64,000 bases of DNA from Squalus acanthias (GCA_030390025.1 CM059432.1:133984001-134048000), one strand, 5' to 3'; shown: positions 39,221 to 52,557, counted from the first letter of the stretch. A program made the numbers and translations. Notes: a model not told the origin generated them from the sequence alone.

Positions 39221-39661
39221 TGGGGTTGCCAACCCTCCAGGATTGGCCTGGAGTCTCCAGGAATTAAAGATTAATCTCCAGGACACTGCTGCGAGTGACC
39301 CAGGAGAAAAATCATAGGAGCCTTAAAAAAAAGGCGCGCTTTCATTTTCTTTGAATACTTTCATTTTATTTGTTATAAAAATATTGGAGATGTGAAAAGA
39401 GGCTGTTTGACTGGGTGAGGCGGTTAGTGGTGGGAGGTCATAAGAACATAAGAAACAGGTGCAGGAGTAGGTCATTTGGCCCTTCAAGCCTGCTCCTCCA
39501 TTCAATAAAATCACGGCTGATCATCTACCTCAACTCCACCGTCCCGTACTATCCCCATATCCCTTGATTCCCCTAGTATCCAAAAATCTACTGATCTGTG
39601 AACGAATGTACTCAACGATGGAACCTCCAGGAATACGTCCAACCAGAGTTTTTTGACCCTA
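39221..39661 (+). mobile_element. hAT non-autonomous element with a CR1 tail at 39441-39617
   Basis: Left end tggggttgccaac, right end gacccta; TSD ggcgctgc / gtcgctgc. Confidence 0.8.
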
Positions 39662-39996
39662 GTCGCTGCTCCTCTCTGGTTTCCTCCAAGCAGAGACCCA
39701 GTGACATGAGGCATGAGGTGTAGTGACATCTCGATAGCATGGCCTTTATGTGTTTGCACTTGGTCCAGTTGGCCCACCCTTGAGGGAAACCCTGGAAGTA
39801 TGAAGGCAATGAAAAGGGGGCAGAGACATGGCCTGATGGGTCTTTGGCCCTTTTTCTTCTATGCTTTGCACCCAGCAAATAAGCAGCCTCTGGACACAAA
39901 GCAGAGGCAAATCAGCCCCACTCACTAGAGGAGATTTACTGGAATGATACCAGGGTTGAGGGACTTCAGTTATGTGGAGAGACTGGAGAAGCTGGG

Positions 39997-40402
39997 ATGA
40001 TGGCGTCAGGCAGATTATTTGACCACAGTGTCATCACAGTTCAGCATGATCCTGTTCTCACCCAATATCGACACACACAAATAGGAGTAATTTAAGCCAA
40101 ATGCCTGGCTAATGGTTCCTCTCCAGAGCCCGGGGTTTCTCACAGAAATAAACTGTACAAGCCTCATTGCCGACCCAGCTGAGCTAAACCAACTCAGCAC
40201 CGACTAGGGACCTTTGTAGTCTGTATGGCTCAGTACCGCACCAAATAATATATTTGCCCACTGATCAACTAGAGATGGTTTTTTATTGCTATTTTTTTGA
40301 TAAATCATATAGAATCATACAGCACAGAAGGATACCATTCAGCCCATCATGCCTGCGCTGGTTCTCCATAGCCTTGCAAATTTTTCCTTTTCAAGTATAT
40401 AT
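39997..40402 (+). repeat. Local direct duplicate of 36704-37043 plus 37437-37545
   Basis: Colinear alignment by eye; flanked by ctggagaagctggg at 39983-39996 and 40403-40416. Confidence 0.9.
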
Positions 40403-41774
40403 CTGGAGAAGCTGGGGTTGTTCTCCTTAGATCAGAGAAGGTTAAGGGGAGATTTATTAGAGATGTTCAAAATCATCAAGAGTTTTGATAGAGTAAATAA
40501 GGAGAAACTGTTTCCACTGGCAGGAGGTTGGTAACCAGAGGACACAGAATTATGGTAATTGGCAAAAGAACCAGAGGTGAGATGAGGAGAAATCTTTGTA
40601 CGCAGCAAGCTGTTATGATCTGGAATGCACTGCCTGAAAGGGTGGTGGAAGCAAATTCAACAATAACTTTCAACAGAGAATTGGGTAAATACTTGAAAAG
40701 GAAAATTTTACAGGGCTATGGGGAAAGAGCAGGAAAGTAGGACTAAATTGGAGAGCTCTTTCAAAGAGCCAGCACAGGCACGATGGGCAGAATGGCCTCC
40801 TTCTGTGCTGTATCATTCTATGACCAGCAAAGTACAGTGGACCAGAAAACCGTGCTGTTTGGCATCATTTATTTGTTATAGTTAATTTTACAAGGACACG
40901 GTGGTATTCAGTGTTGCCAGGTTGATCGGGTCACACACATGGTGTTACCAAAGCACATCTGCAAGGCACAATGTAGCAACACAGATCAATTTAGTGAATA
41001 ATGTTTTGCAACAGTTTCATGGGCCACGTTCACAGCATGAGTACAGATACAAACTGTTCCATCACGGCCTTCCGTTTGGAAGGTCCTGTTACTATACTGG
41101 CACTCAACGTGTTACACATGGGGTGTGTTTCTGCCTTCCTTGCTGCTTCATTTCCTGTGATCTCTCGACATTACTCTGACTGCCATATTGTGCGTTCACG
41201 ATTTGTCATCACCTCTTTCTGTAGCGATGATTCAGACTTGAAATTGCCCTGAATAAATGCTATAATACCTTTGGGAGGAATGGGCCCAGTACGTGAGATA
41301 GCAAAGCATCAACATAGGGACAGAAAGTGAAATGTGTTAATCTTGGTCTCCAGCACCAACACCAATCTGACAGGCAAACCGCAAGAAAAAAAGACACCTT
41401 CAGTAAGTGTACCTTCTGTATATTGTATGCAATCAGCACTGTGGGCACATTAGCTGTTTTGTGTGTCACTAACTAAACGCCCCTTTCTAGATACCTTTGA
41501 CATTATGTAATTTAATTGCATAGCAAACATGAAATGGCTGTGAAGTGCTAGTGTTTTGTAGCAGTCAGTTTATTGTAAATGTATAATACCCAAGATATTT
41601 CACTTCACTACCAAATTATGACTTACTGTAGCAATCATTTAGGAGTAGTCATCACAGATATATTCTGCCTCTATGAATCCAATAGCTGTTTATTTGTTCA
41701 CACTCAGCCTTTTTTATTTTCCAATTGAACAGGTTTGAGTTTTTTTATATAACCAACAACAAATAATGGTGTTA

Positions 41775-41956
41775 AATCTCTCCGCCTCTCCACTTCTCTT
41801 TCCTCCTTGAAGACGCTCCTTAAAACCTATCTCTTCATCTGCCCTAATATCTCCTTATATGACTCGGTGTCAATTTTTTTTTTGTGATAACACTCCTGTG
41901 AAGCACCTTGGGACGTTCTATTACGTTAAAGGTGCTGTATAAATATAAGTTGTTGT
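41775..41956 (+). mobile_element. L2 3' end
   Basis: Tail match. Confidence 0.8.
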
Positions 41957-43688
41957 TAAAATTATTTGATCCAAGGTCTATATTTAAATGCAATACACAA
42001 CTTCCTTTCAGGTCAGCTTTAGTATAGCTCTTGACTGTACAGCTTACACCACACCCCCGCTCATAGCTGCAATTCCTTGATAGAAAATGTAGAATTGATT
42101 GCATAGGATGGTGTTGAGCCACAACACTGTTCCTGCCTTCTCATTATCTGGTATGATTCAATAAAGCTTTCTCCGTTATTTGTAAGTTTTAGGTAATATT
42201 CACAAACATTATTTTTCTTTGTTCCTCATTAAATAATGGGATCTGTATCAGTGTCACTATTAGGGGGTGTCGGTAGTACAGCCTCACGAGCAACGTCAAG
42301 ACTAAAGAAATATGTCATGCCAAAAAGCGATGTTATAACATTTTAAATGAACTTTTGAATATTAGCTAATCGCACTTACCGCTGTGTTGCAGTAATTTTC
42401 ATTTTTACTATATCTAATGACTTTCTGATGGCTCGAATTCTCTGTAGGGACACCAAATGATTACAATAAGGATGAGCGATCTTTGTAGGATATGACTGAT
42501 TGGTACGATAATATGCAGTCAATGCTGTAAGCTGTTATAGGCAATCAATTATATCACTGTGTGGGACTCCAATACATACAGTTTGTCAACTGGGATTATG
42601 GTATTATATTATGTCACTTAATTTTACTTAACATTCAACTTAAATTATAAACAACAGCTAAATAGTTAATACATTTGGCTACAAGGCATCTTTATGGATA
42701 AGGTTCAGTCTATTCCTGAAGACTTCTAGGCTGATTTCCCTGCAATTCGTTGTAATTTCCAGTGGAAGTGTTCTATTAGCGGATGAAAGAAAAGTTACCA
42801 AATATTCAATTGTACCATTTTTAAGAACCAGCTGGACAGGTTGGGATATGCGCACTGTATTAATCAGTCCATGTTGTAATATTAACTGATGTGGTAACTG
42901 TAAAATATGGGACAAGGATGGTGTAATATTTTATAGCTTTTTATGCAAGATTAGATGAATACATTTACATTAGTGCAATAAAGCCATTTAACAATATATT
43001 ACAGCCGGATAAAACAAAAACAGTTATCAATTAACATGTTCCGTTTCATAGCACCAGACATCTGATTTATTCAATGTATCATCACATGGGACAACTAATG
43101 CAACTTTTACCTTTGCAATATTAAATGTGCAATGATGTCAGAATGGTTTAAGTCAAATACATATCTGTGTAATCCTAATCTAAGCCAACTCCTGGCAACA
43201 TCTACATATGTTACCAAGTCTTTATTTTGCTCCTTCCTTGGCCAGTAATGGTACAATCAATCAATGTGAATCAGGCTTGTTGACCCCCACGTCTGATTTG
43301 AAGCAGTTATTTTCTTGTACATCCTGCCTTATTGCATATCATGGGAATCTACTGTATTTACATTTATGATACGTGACCGTGAATGTCCCTGTAATATACT
43401 GTTACGATTAAACAGGTCATACAGATCAATTTAGTGCTCATGATGGGGAGCCTTGCTCAATAGGAGGGTGGATCAAACAATTGAGCGTGGCGGATTCGGT
43501 GCACCCAGTTTACAGCCCTCCCGACCCTTCAGTCATTAAACTTAGTAACCGAAAATTGGGAGGGCCACCAATCAGGCAGACTGACCTCCACAAAAAGAAA
43601 ATACTGCAGATGCTGGAAATCTGAAATAAAAACAGAAAATGCTGGAGATACTCAGCAGGTCAGGCAGCATCTGTGGAGAGAGAAACAG

Positions 43689-43725
43689 AGTTAACGTTTC
43701 AGGTCAATGACCCTTCGTCAGAACT
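43689..43725 (-). ncRNA. Putative minimal type I hammerhead ribozyme
   Basis: Minus strand reads agtt-CTGACGA-a-gggtc-att-gacct-GAAA-cGTT-aact. Confidence 0.75.
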
Positions 43726-43786
43726 GGAAAAAAGCAGGAAATGGAAGCAAGTGCTTAAAAATCTGCTCCATTTCCTGCTTTTTTCC

Positions 43787-43823
43787 AGTTCTGACGAAAG
43801 GTCCTCGACCTGAAACGTTAACT
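43787..43823 (+). ncRNA. Putative minimal type I hammerhead ribozyme
   Basis: agtt-CTGACGA-a-aggtc-ctc-gacct-GAAA-cGTT-aact: stem I agtt/aact, 5-bp stem II, palindromic ACGT stem III. Confidence 0.75.
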
Positions 43824-43979
43824 CTGTTTCTCTCTTCACAGATACTGCCTGACCTGCTGAGTATCTCCAGCATTTTCTGTTTTTATTTCAGACAGACCTC
43901 CACGTCTGATTGTCCGATCTGCCATCCTTTTGAGTGAGGAGCACCAGAAGTGCCAGCTGGTAAAATTTACCCCTATAGC

Positions 43980-45116
43980 GAGGGTTGCCAACTCTGGTTG
44001 GGAGAATTCCAGGAGGTTTCATCACCTGACTTCGCACCTCCAACTGCCCTGCCCCCGCACTCCTGCCATTGGTCGGCTGACACATTCGTCCTTGAGGTGC
44101 ATCTCCTTCCCACAACACAGTCTTCGTTACCCTGATTGGATAATTCTTGACTGTTGGTCAAAGAGGGCTAGAAATTCCGTAGCGGCCCATTTGGGGCGAT
44201 AACTTTTGAAATCTCGGAAAAGTATCGCCAGGCGATAATCATTTTCTGGTCCCGGGAAATTGAGCTTTAGCGCTCCAAGAGGGAAGTGGAACACTAAATC
44301 AAGCGCTAACCACTTCTCTCAGGGCGCTAAAGTCCGAGAGCGGGGCGGTAGCGGCAGAGCGCTGAACAATGTGGAGAGCAAAGATACCGGCATCGGAGGC
44401 TGCTTCCCTCGCTTAAAGGGAAGGGCCAATGATGGTGCACAACATACTTCTGCTCAATTCTGTGTTGCCAGGCAACCTGCGCGACTGCCATTACAGCCCC
44501 AAACACTCTGAGAGTGGAGGGCTTGGACATCTCGTAGCAACAAAGCATCAAAAACTTTCAGCAGGCACCAGACTGGTGCAAAGAATATAGTTTGGCCTAC
44601 CTGAAAACCACTGCCTTTAATTAGCGCTCCCCAAGCGGCCAGCCGAGTTGACAACGCCTCCTCTTCCTGCCGTTGTTCAAGCCCGGTGATACAGCAGGGG
44701 GCGGGAGGCAATTTCACATCCGGGGCGGTAACGGGGCGCTGCGCACTTTATTACGTCATGATCTGCGAGGCGCTAGAGAGCGAGGCGGTAAGTGTTAGCG
44801 CCAGCGCTAAACCAGCAGGGAAGTTCGCGGGCGTCGCTGCATTCACCATGCCCGGTCGCTAACCCCTTCACGCCCCGTTATCATCCTTCCCCCCCCCAGG
44901 CACTAACGGGAGGCGCAAAGCAGCCGAATTTCTCCCTCATAGTTCTTTTCCCACATTTCCAATATTTTTATAACTAATAAACAAAGAAAATTTAAAAAAC
45001 GCACCTTTTTTTAATGTCCCTATGATTTTTCTCCTGGTTTGCATGCAGCAGTGCTCTGGAGGTTAATCTTTTATTCCTGGAGACTCCAGGATAATCCTGC
45101 AGGACTGGAAACCCTA
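43980..45116 (-). mobile_element. hAT non-autonomous element hosting a MITE
   Basis: TIR agggttgcca / tggaaaccct; perfect 8-bp TSD cctatagc. Confidence 0.85.
44165..44937. mobile_element. GC-rich Harbinger-type MITE nested in a hAT element
   Basis: Imperfect TIR gggctagaaattc / gaatttctccc; gcgcta-rich subterminal motifs like those of 25918-26796. Confidence 0.7.
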
Positions 45117-45391
45117 CCTATAGCTTCAGGTCCCTTATCAAGAGGTGAGTAAAGGCCTTTGTCCTGTGTCATGCAGCATAACTTTACTCTTCAAATGTCA
45201 TTGGAAAATTGTGTTGCTGATATTCTATACTGATGCTGTGGCTGCTGGATACTCTTGGCAACACCCTTAACCCGGAAGTGAAGTATAAACAGGACAGGCA
45301 GGCCTTGTACATAATGATTCACTTTGGCTACAGTACAAAAGGATCTGGTCACACTTTAGCAATAGTAAAGATGGCAAGGGGGACAATTTTT

Positions 45392-45864
45392 GTCAGCTGT
45401 GGCTCAGTGGGTAGCACTCTCGCCTCTGAGTCAGAAGGTTGTGGGTTCAAGTCCCACTCCAGGGACTTGAGCACAAAATCTAGGCTGACACTCCCAGTGC
45501 AGTGCTGAGGGAGTGCTGCACTGTCAGAGGTGCTGTCTTTCGGATGAGATGTTAAACTGAGGTCCCGTCTGCTCTCTCAGGTGGACGTAAAAGATCCCAT
45601 GGCAGTATTTCGAAGAAGAGCAGGGGAGTTATCCCCGGTGTCCTGGCCAATATTTATCCCTCAATCAACATCACTAAAACAGATTATCTGGTCATTATCA
45701 CATTGCTGTTTTTTGGGAGCTTGCTGTGTGCAAATTGGCTGCCGCGTTTCCTACATTACAACAGTGACTACACTTCAAAAGTACTTCATTGGCTGTAAAG
45801 TGCTTTGGGATGCCGGTGGTCATGAAATAGACTACATAAATGCAAGTCTCTCTTTCTTTCTTTC
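45392..45864 (+). mobile_element. Full-length Deu-domain tRNA-SINE (SacSINE1/AmnSINE1-like)
   Basis: A box tggctcagtgg, B box ggttcaagtcc, Deu core gtctttcggatgaga..aaagatcccatggca..ccccggtgtcctggccaa, ctttc tail. Confidence 0.9.
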
Positions 45865-46399
45865 TTACTGCCTCATTTGTGCCTGGGGATAGTGGGCAGT
45901 AGATGGTGTGGGGTCTGGTCCCACGCAGTTAGCATTGGCTCCAGGTGTGACTTTATTTTCTGGGGCGGGGAGTGGGTGGGGTTTGGAAAGTTCCTGGTGG
46001 TCAGAGCTCCCTTCTGAAACGGGCTGGAGTTTCATGAGTATATGCAAATTGGGAATGCGTGACGTTATTAAAATGCTGATGCCATCTCCCTACCTTACTG
46101 CTGCACGAACACCACTTCCTGGTCCAGCCCACAGAACATGGTAGAAGGTCTCAGGCAGCCATTTCAAATGCTTCAGCTACTCTCAGGTAATGTTTAATGG
46201 TACACTTTCTTGCACTCGCTTGTGGGTAACTTGTCCTGTTGTAGGCTCTGGACTGCGAAGGGGCTTTTGTCATTCAAGTTGTCAGACTTTCATCTTCATG
46301 GAGGTACGTCTGGGAACCCTAGTCTGAGAGGAGGGGAAGGAGGACAATGGAGTAAAGAGAGCTGGAGCTGGAAGGAAAGCAAAAAGAAAGAGGCTTGTT

Positions 46400-47075
46400 C
46401 TCAGAAACCCCTTAACATAGTCAAGGAGAACTTACCTGCATTTCTCTGAGGAGCAATGTATGAAGAGGCTTTGTTTCTCCAATAAGGCAGAGGCAGAGAT
46501 GTGCCACCTTCTGCAAGAAGACCTGCAGCCAACTGCCAGAGCAAGCACAGCACTACTATTTCCAGCCAAGGTCACTGTAGCCCTGAAATGTTTTTGGCTT
46601 CTGGCTCCGTCCAGGCTGCCACAGGGGGGATATCAGCAACATCGGCCAAACTACAGTCCATGCTTATATTAAACAGGGGACTGATGCTTTGTTTGATAGA
46701 CTAAACAGATTCATTACTTTTGTTTATGGATATCTAGAAGCAGCAGGATAGGGCGCTGAGACTGCAAGATTCCCCCAAGTCAAGGGCATCTTTGACTGCA
46801 CACACATCAACCTGCATGCCCCTGCCCTCAGTGCTGTCGTATGAATCACAAAGGGTACCACTCAATAAATGTTCAACTGCTGCACGATGAGCAGCAGCAC
46901 GCCATGCAAATCTGTGCCCTCTTTCCTGGCAGCTGCCACGAAGCATTTATATTGCGTCAGTCAACCATTACCCAACTGTTTGACAAGTTGAAGACTGGCT
47001 CCTTGGAGACAAGGGCTATCCCCTGCTCACATCGGCTTATAACACCTCTTACAAACCCACAGTCATCTGCGGAAT
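46400..47075 (+). pseudogene. Decayed Harbinger (HARBI1-like) DDE transposase
   Basis: KRLCFS..CHLLQEDLQP..KVTVAL, ASGSVQAATG, NHKGYHSINVQL..FPGSCHEAFILRQS, and frameshifted WLLGDKGYP. Confidence 0.9.
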
Positions 47076-50000
47076 ATTGGGTGAGTCCTCCTCTGACTCC
47101 AGCAGCGATTGTTCCTTTTGCCCTTGTCCATCGCCCACCCAGAGACAAACACTGACCCAGAGCTGACTATTCCTTCAGCATTTCTTGGTCCTATGATCAC
47201 CGAGAGATAACGCAGAGAAGAGTGGCATGGCTGATCTCTAGTTGTCACGGGTCTGAGTTATGATGAAATACTGGATTGACTTGCGCCCTGAATTTCTTTG
47301 GACTTCCTGCTGCTGCACCACTGTAACTTTGTCTGAAGTTTCATCTCCATTACCAGGAAGTCCTGGCCAACATTTGTCTCATGGCTGTTCGTGGGACCTT
47401 GCTGTGCACAATTTGGTTGCGCGCGTCTGCTTACGAAACAATAGGAACTACACTTCAAATGTATTTAATTGGCTGTGAAGCACTTTGTGACTTCCTGAGA
47501 ATGTGAAAGTTGATATGTAAATGCAAGTTCGTTCTTTCCCTTTGCTTTTAAATTCTTATATTGAAGCTAATTATATTATGGTCATTATTTCCTAGATGTC
47601 CCCCTGCCCAGCCCTTATATTACCTACTTGCTTAACTTCATTTCCTAGACTAGATCCAGCACTGCCTCCTTTCTTGTTGGACTAAAAACATATAAAGCAA
47701 TCCCAACAGTAACAATCCTAGAGTAACAGTTCCCTTCTTATTTCTTAACTCTAACCAAATACACTCAGATTGTGCACCATCCTTATGTTTTAGTGTTGTA
47801 ATGGAATCTTTTATTAATGGTTCTACCCCTCCTAATTTTATTTCCTACTTTATCCCTGCTGAATACTTTGTAATTAAGCATGTTTACTTCCCTGTCCTGC
47901 CCTTGTTTCTATTGGGAAAACTCTGTAACTTCTTTGGAGTTCAGTAAAGTTGGCTGCAGATTCCCTGATGGCTCAGCTGCTTAAGACAGTGAGTAGCTGA
48001 AAGTTTTAGGTTCTATCTCTTACCTTTGCTGAGTTAACTTCAACTCTGGCCTCTTGTCCATCCCTGGCTTCCTTCACCCCACCATTGTTGGCCGTGCCTT
48101 CAGCCAACAAGGCCCAACTCCGGAATTCCCTCCTTAAACCGCAACAGCTCCCCGCCTCTCGATGTTTTACTACATTAAAGGCACTGTGTAAATGCAAGTT
48201 GTTGTTTAACTTATCTTAGCTGATGCAGCCATGGTAGGGACACTATAGATACTCTCAGATCCCAGGCTAAGTTAGTGGAAAATTGAGCACAGTACTGTAC
48301 TGGCTTCTGATTACTATCCAGATGGAAGTGCATGTACATGTGTGGATGTCAAGTGAGGACAGGATTGGGCTTGGCTGGTATGCTTCCAATAGCAAATCGC
48401 CGTCACATATGAAGAGTGGTCACTTGGGGTAAGGTACTGGACGCAGTCATGGAGTTGTATCCCAACAATTAATCAACACCTTCAGGAAAGGAGGCGACGA
48501 GGGGAGCAAATTGGCAGGAAACAAAGGAGAAATAAGTATGCTGTAATCGAAAAAATGTATAGTATTCATCAAAAATAAGCACAGTTTAAGTGGTTTCTTG
48601 GTCTCAGGTGTTTGAGTGTCCAGACCCCAGCAGTTTTAGCAAAACATAAGCTTCGACAGTCACCTGCTCAGCTGAGCAATTAACAGGTTAATGCTTACAA
48701 AAGGAAAATCAGGACAATCAAATTGTCTGCTTAATTAAAGATGCATGGTGTGTATTCACTGTAGACCAAACATTATAATAATGCTCATAATATTACACAC
48801 ATTACAGCAAGCTTCACTTAAACATGAATGGGAGGCATTTTGACTTTGAACGTGCATTTAACAATCCCTGTGCAAGTGCCATTGACGGTATAATCAGTGA
48901 TGTGTGTAGACTTTGAGCACAGGAGGAGCTGAGTGTTGGCAACTGAAATACATGATACCTTACCTGCCAAACGTTTCATGGGAAAATAAGTAGCTCCTCA
49001 TGTAAGAGGTTCGGAGACGGTGCTGTCCCCGATTTTTTTTTTCATGAAAGAAGTGATCAGCAAAATTATTATTTTCCGACAATATGGGTGGAGTTTTTCT
49101 CAAGGAAAAGCCACCTATGGATCTAGTGACTGTAATTATCGCTCCAATGTTTGTTTTGCCTTGCCTTGGAACACGCACAGAAAAGTATCATTAATGGGAG
49201 AGATTAGCGTTGGACCAGTTCAGAAAGAATCTTATGAACGGTGCAACTTCAAGCTGCAACACCCCACAACTAAACAACATATGTACAATTCAATCATAAA
49301 CATTGCCACTCAGCAGAAATTTTAAAAAGCATTTCCTTTTGTGGAGTTCGTTTTTTTTTTAATGCTTTTTGGAGCAGAGTTTGAGATCTTCTGACATTTC
49401 TGAACAGTGCCAATTGGGAACTTGTGCTGCTAGTTCTTGTCTGAAAGATTGACAGCAACCAGTAGTGCAGAGCTCAAATTAGTGCCATTTATAAATCAGT
49501 AGGAGGTACGTTGCAGAATCTCCATCCTGGCTGCAAAAACATGATGGTTAACATGTAATACCATTTAAAAGGGATGCTTCAGGATTAAGTCCTGTAGTGG
49601 CACGATAACTTATTTTAACTTGACTTCATCTCTACGGCAAATAATTCCATTGATTTCTGAATTGAATCCATTCCATAAGTGCACATTACACAGAGGAACT
49701 CCTGCTTGTTACACATTTCTTTTGTCATTGTCTCTCCTCCTGCCTTGACTCCCTGACTCTTGGACTACAGTTGAATGGGGTAATGGGCAAGTGCACGTTC
49801 ACCTGCAAGGTTAGACGGTGAGTTGGCAGGTCATTCAGCTATGGAAGGCATCACACGCAAGCACACTCCTGTCATAAGCCAATGTCTGAACATGTACGTT
49901 CCTAGCAGGAGTCACTGGGTAACGATTAGGAGAAGAAACCTTAGCTGATTTTATCCCCGCCCTAATCTCAGACACTAAGGCCTATTGAAGCACACTTCTT

Positions 50001-50244
50001 CTTTGACTGGTTTGTGCCTTTTCCCTTTTTTTTCTCTCTCCCACATGGCAGCTATCTTTCATTCTGCCAGCGCATTTCACACTTCTAGAGCCATCTTTTG
50101 TCTCTTAACCTGTCCTATTACTCGTCTCGCCTTGAGTATCTCTTAATGTCTCTTCTTCTCACAGACCTCCCCTTTTGTTCTTTCATTCCCTCCCCCAGCC
50201 TCCAAACTTGCTTTTTCATCTGTTTCATTTCCTGCTTTTTTCTC

Positions 50245-50281
50245 AGTTCTGACGAAGGGTCTTCGACCTGAAACGTTAACT
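50245..50281 (+). ncRNA. Putative minimal hammerhead ribozyme in Penelope tail (tail about 50020-50347)
   Basis: agtt-CTGACGA-a-gggtc-ttc-gacct-GAAA-cGTT-aact. Confidence 0.75.
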
Positions 50282-51798
50282 CTGTCTCTCTCTCCGCGGA
50301 TGTTGCCTGGCCTGCTGAGTTTTTCCAGCGCTTTCTGTTGTTATTTCTTCTTTGACTGAGATCAGTTAGCTCAGTGCAGACTCCTGGGAACTGAACATGG
50401 AACCTTTGGGTCTGTACTATCCCAACGCTCTCCTGGTCGGCCTCCCACCTTCCACCCTCCATAAAATTTAGCTCATCCAAACTCTGCTGCCCATATCCTA
50501 ACTCACACCAAGTCCCGTTCACTCATTACCCCCTGTGCTCACTGACTTACATTGACTCCCGGTCCGGCAACACCTCCTTTAACATCGGCCTTCTGTCTTC
50601 TAGTTCAGCAGCTGTCCCGCTGCAGCACCACCCACACCTCCCTCCTTGGCAACACTGGGCTTGCTCTTAGTGGCAGAGATCCCACTGGGAGCCTGCCTTG
50701 CACAGTCAATGGCCCCGAACAAAAAAACTGGGGCGGCAGCATGGCAGGGCCAGGGCAGCGGGCGGAAGCAAGATTCAATAGTAACTTTCAAAAGGAATTG
50801 GATAGATACTTGAAAAGGAAAAGAATTTGCAGGGCTATGGAGGAAAGAGCAGGGGGAGTGGGACTAATTGGATAGCTTTTTCCAAAAGCCGGCACAGGCA
50901 TGATGAGCCAAATGGCCTGCTTCTGTGCTGTAAGATTCTAAGTCCCGCCCTGATCCTCCTCCAGTGGAACAAAAGAAATCCAGAGCAATGCTTAGGCTCC
51001 CACATCAAAGGTGCTCATTTCCGCCACTGGCAGCAACTCCCAAGCCTGAACCTCAGCATCTTATTCATTTAATACTTGACGGAGATTTAATTCACACTAA
51101 AGAATTAGTGGGCCACAAAGCCTGAAAAGTCGATGAGTCACTTGAGAAAGAGGGATGGCTTTAAACATAATTATTGTATAAATTTTGCAATGCCGCACAG
51201 AGGTGCTGACAGAAGGAGGCTGTTTTCACAGGCCTTTCTCCCACGCACCATAGCAATGAAATAGTAGTGGAGTCGTTCTAACATGCAAGTGAGCGGCATG
51301 AGAAAATAGTCACGGAGCGGAGCAGTGAGCATTTCCGCGTGTCAGTAAGAGTTTTATAAATCAGGTTTTGACATCGAATGGAAGTTAAGGTAAAATGTAA
51401 CGCAAACTATACAAACAAAGCAATTTTCACCATACCCCCATCACCAGCAGACTTAAACAACCTGAACAGGCTGCGTAGAAAACGGAGAATTTCCCCGGAA
51501 AAAAGAATGCATTCCAGTTAAGGGTGTACATTCCCGAGAACTCTCTATGTGCTGAGAATGTATGCTGCTACATGTAAGTATCACTCTTGGTTGACTCATA
51601 ACAAGCTAAGAGCAAGCTAAGTTCATGTGACTTCCAAATGTCATCTGAACCCCTGGGCAGAATTGCTCTGGTCGTTACATGTAGCGTCCTTTCTGAATGC
51701 ATTTACGGTTTTGCTAGACTTACTGACAAGAGCAAATCTCCCCTTCCCCTAATATTAGATATAATAATTACTATCTTAAGTTTCGTTGTTGTCTTTCA

Positions 51799-52557
51799 GC
51801 CCTGAAATTCGCCTCTCCGGCTTGCCGTGGGGGTAAGGATCGCGCGCGCACTTACCTACCGCGCCTGCCGTTGACCTCTGGGCCCACGGGAACTGCAGCT
51901 CCTGGGCCTGCTCCAAGTGCCGGCGCGCAGTGCGTGCGTGTCCCAGGGCGCAGTTAGTGCGATGCGTCCCCTGGGATCACGTGGGCCATGGAGAGCCAAT
52001 GGCAGCAGACCATCTTTCATTCATAGACTTGACAGGAAGACCTGTCAAATCTATGAATTGAAATCGGCCCCAAAAGAACAGCTAAACTTAAAATAAATTT
52101 TTTAAAAACCATCACATTTTTAAAATAACTATAAGTTAAATAAATTAACTACTTTAAACAAAAATTTAAATTTTTGAAAAAATTAAAATACTTTTTAACA
52201 GTGCTAAAAATAAACTTACCTTTCTTTAAAGTATCTAAAAAATAAACCTGTTGAAATTTTTTTTTAATTACAGTATATTTAATTAACCACTTACCTTGTT
52301 GAAAACGGCTCCTGCGCCTCCTTTTTAAAAGCGTAGGTTCTTCAATACTTACCCTCCCGTAGAAACCTGAAAAAAGTGTGCTGCGTGCGCGCAGCCTCTG
52401 CCGCGCACGCGGTTCACCTATGAACCGCCCCCTTCACCAGACCGGAAGTTCCGGTTTCCCGCGCATGCGCAGTGCATGCAGGAAACCGGCACTTCAGGAT
52501 GCCTTACGGGTGAGTACACAGTGCATACTCACCTGGGAAGGGCCAAATTTTTGGCCC
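51799..52557 (-). mobile_element. Harbinger-type MITE, family M1, copy 3
   Basis: Reverse-complement similarity to copies 1 and 2; imperfect TIR gccctgaaatt / aatttttggccc. Confidence 0.85.

Larger units (their letters stand above)
43592..43891. mobile_element. Penelope tail insertion forming an inverted pair
   Basis: Arms 43620-43745 (-) and 43767-43892 (+); TSD cagac(t/a)gacctccac at 43577-43591 and 43889-43903. Confidence 0.9.
43445..43973. mobile_element. Degenerate foldback MITE hosting the inverted Penelope insertion
   Basis: ccttgctcaataggagggtggatcaaacaatt is approximately mirrored by gattgtccgatctgccatcctttgagtgagg. Confidence 0.55.

Noticed and set aside
42679..42915. 78-aa minus-strand ORF in a TE-free block
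   Set aside because: Non-ATG start, no recognisable homology and no convincing splice sites.
45397..45462. tRNA gene (A and B boxes)
   Set aside because: It is the head of a multi-copy SINE and continues into the Deu core; no complete cloverleaf or Pol III terminator.
46841..47155. Domesticated HARBI1 gene
   Set aside because: Frameshifts and stops, and the catalytic SCHD motif reads SCHE; this is a decayed transposon.
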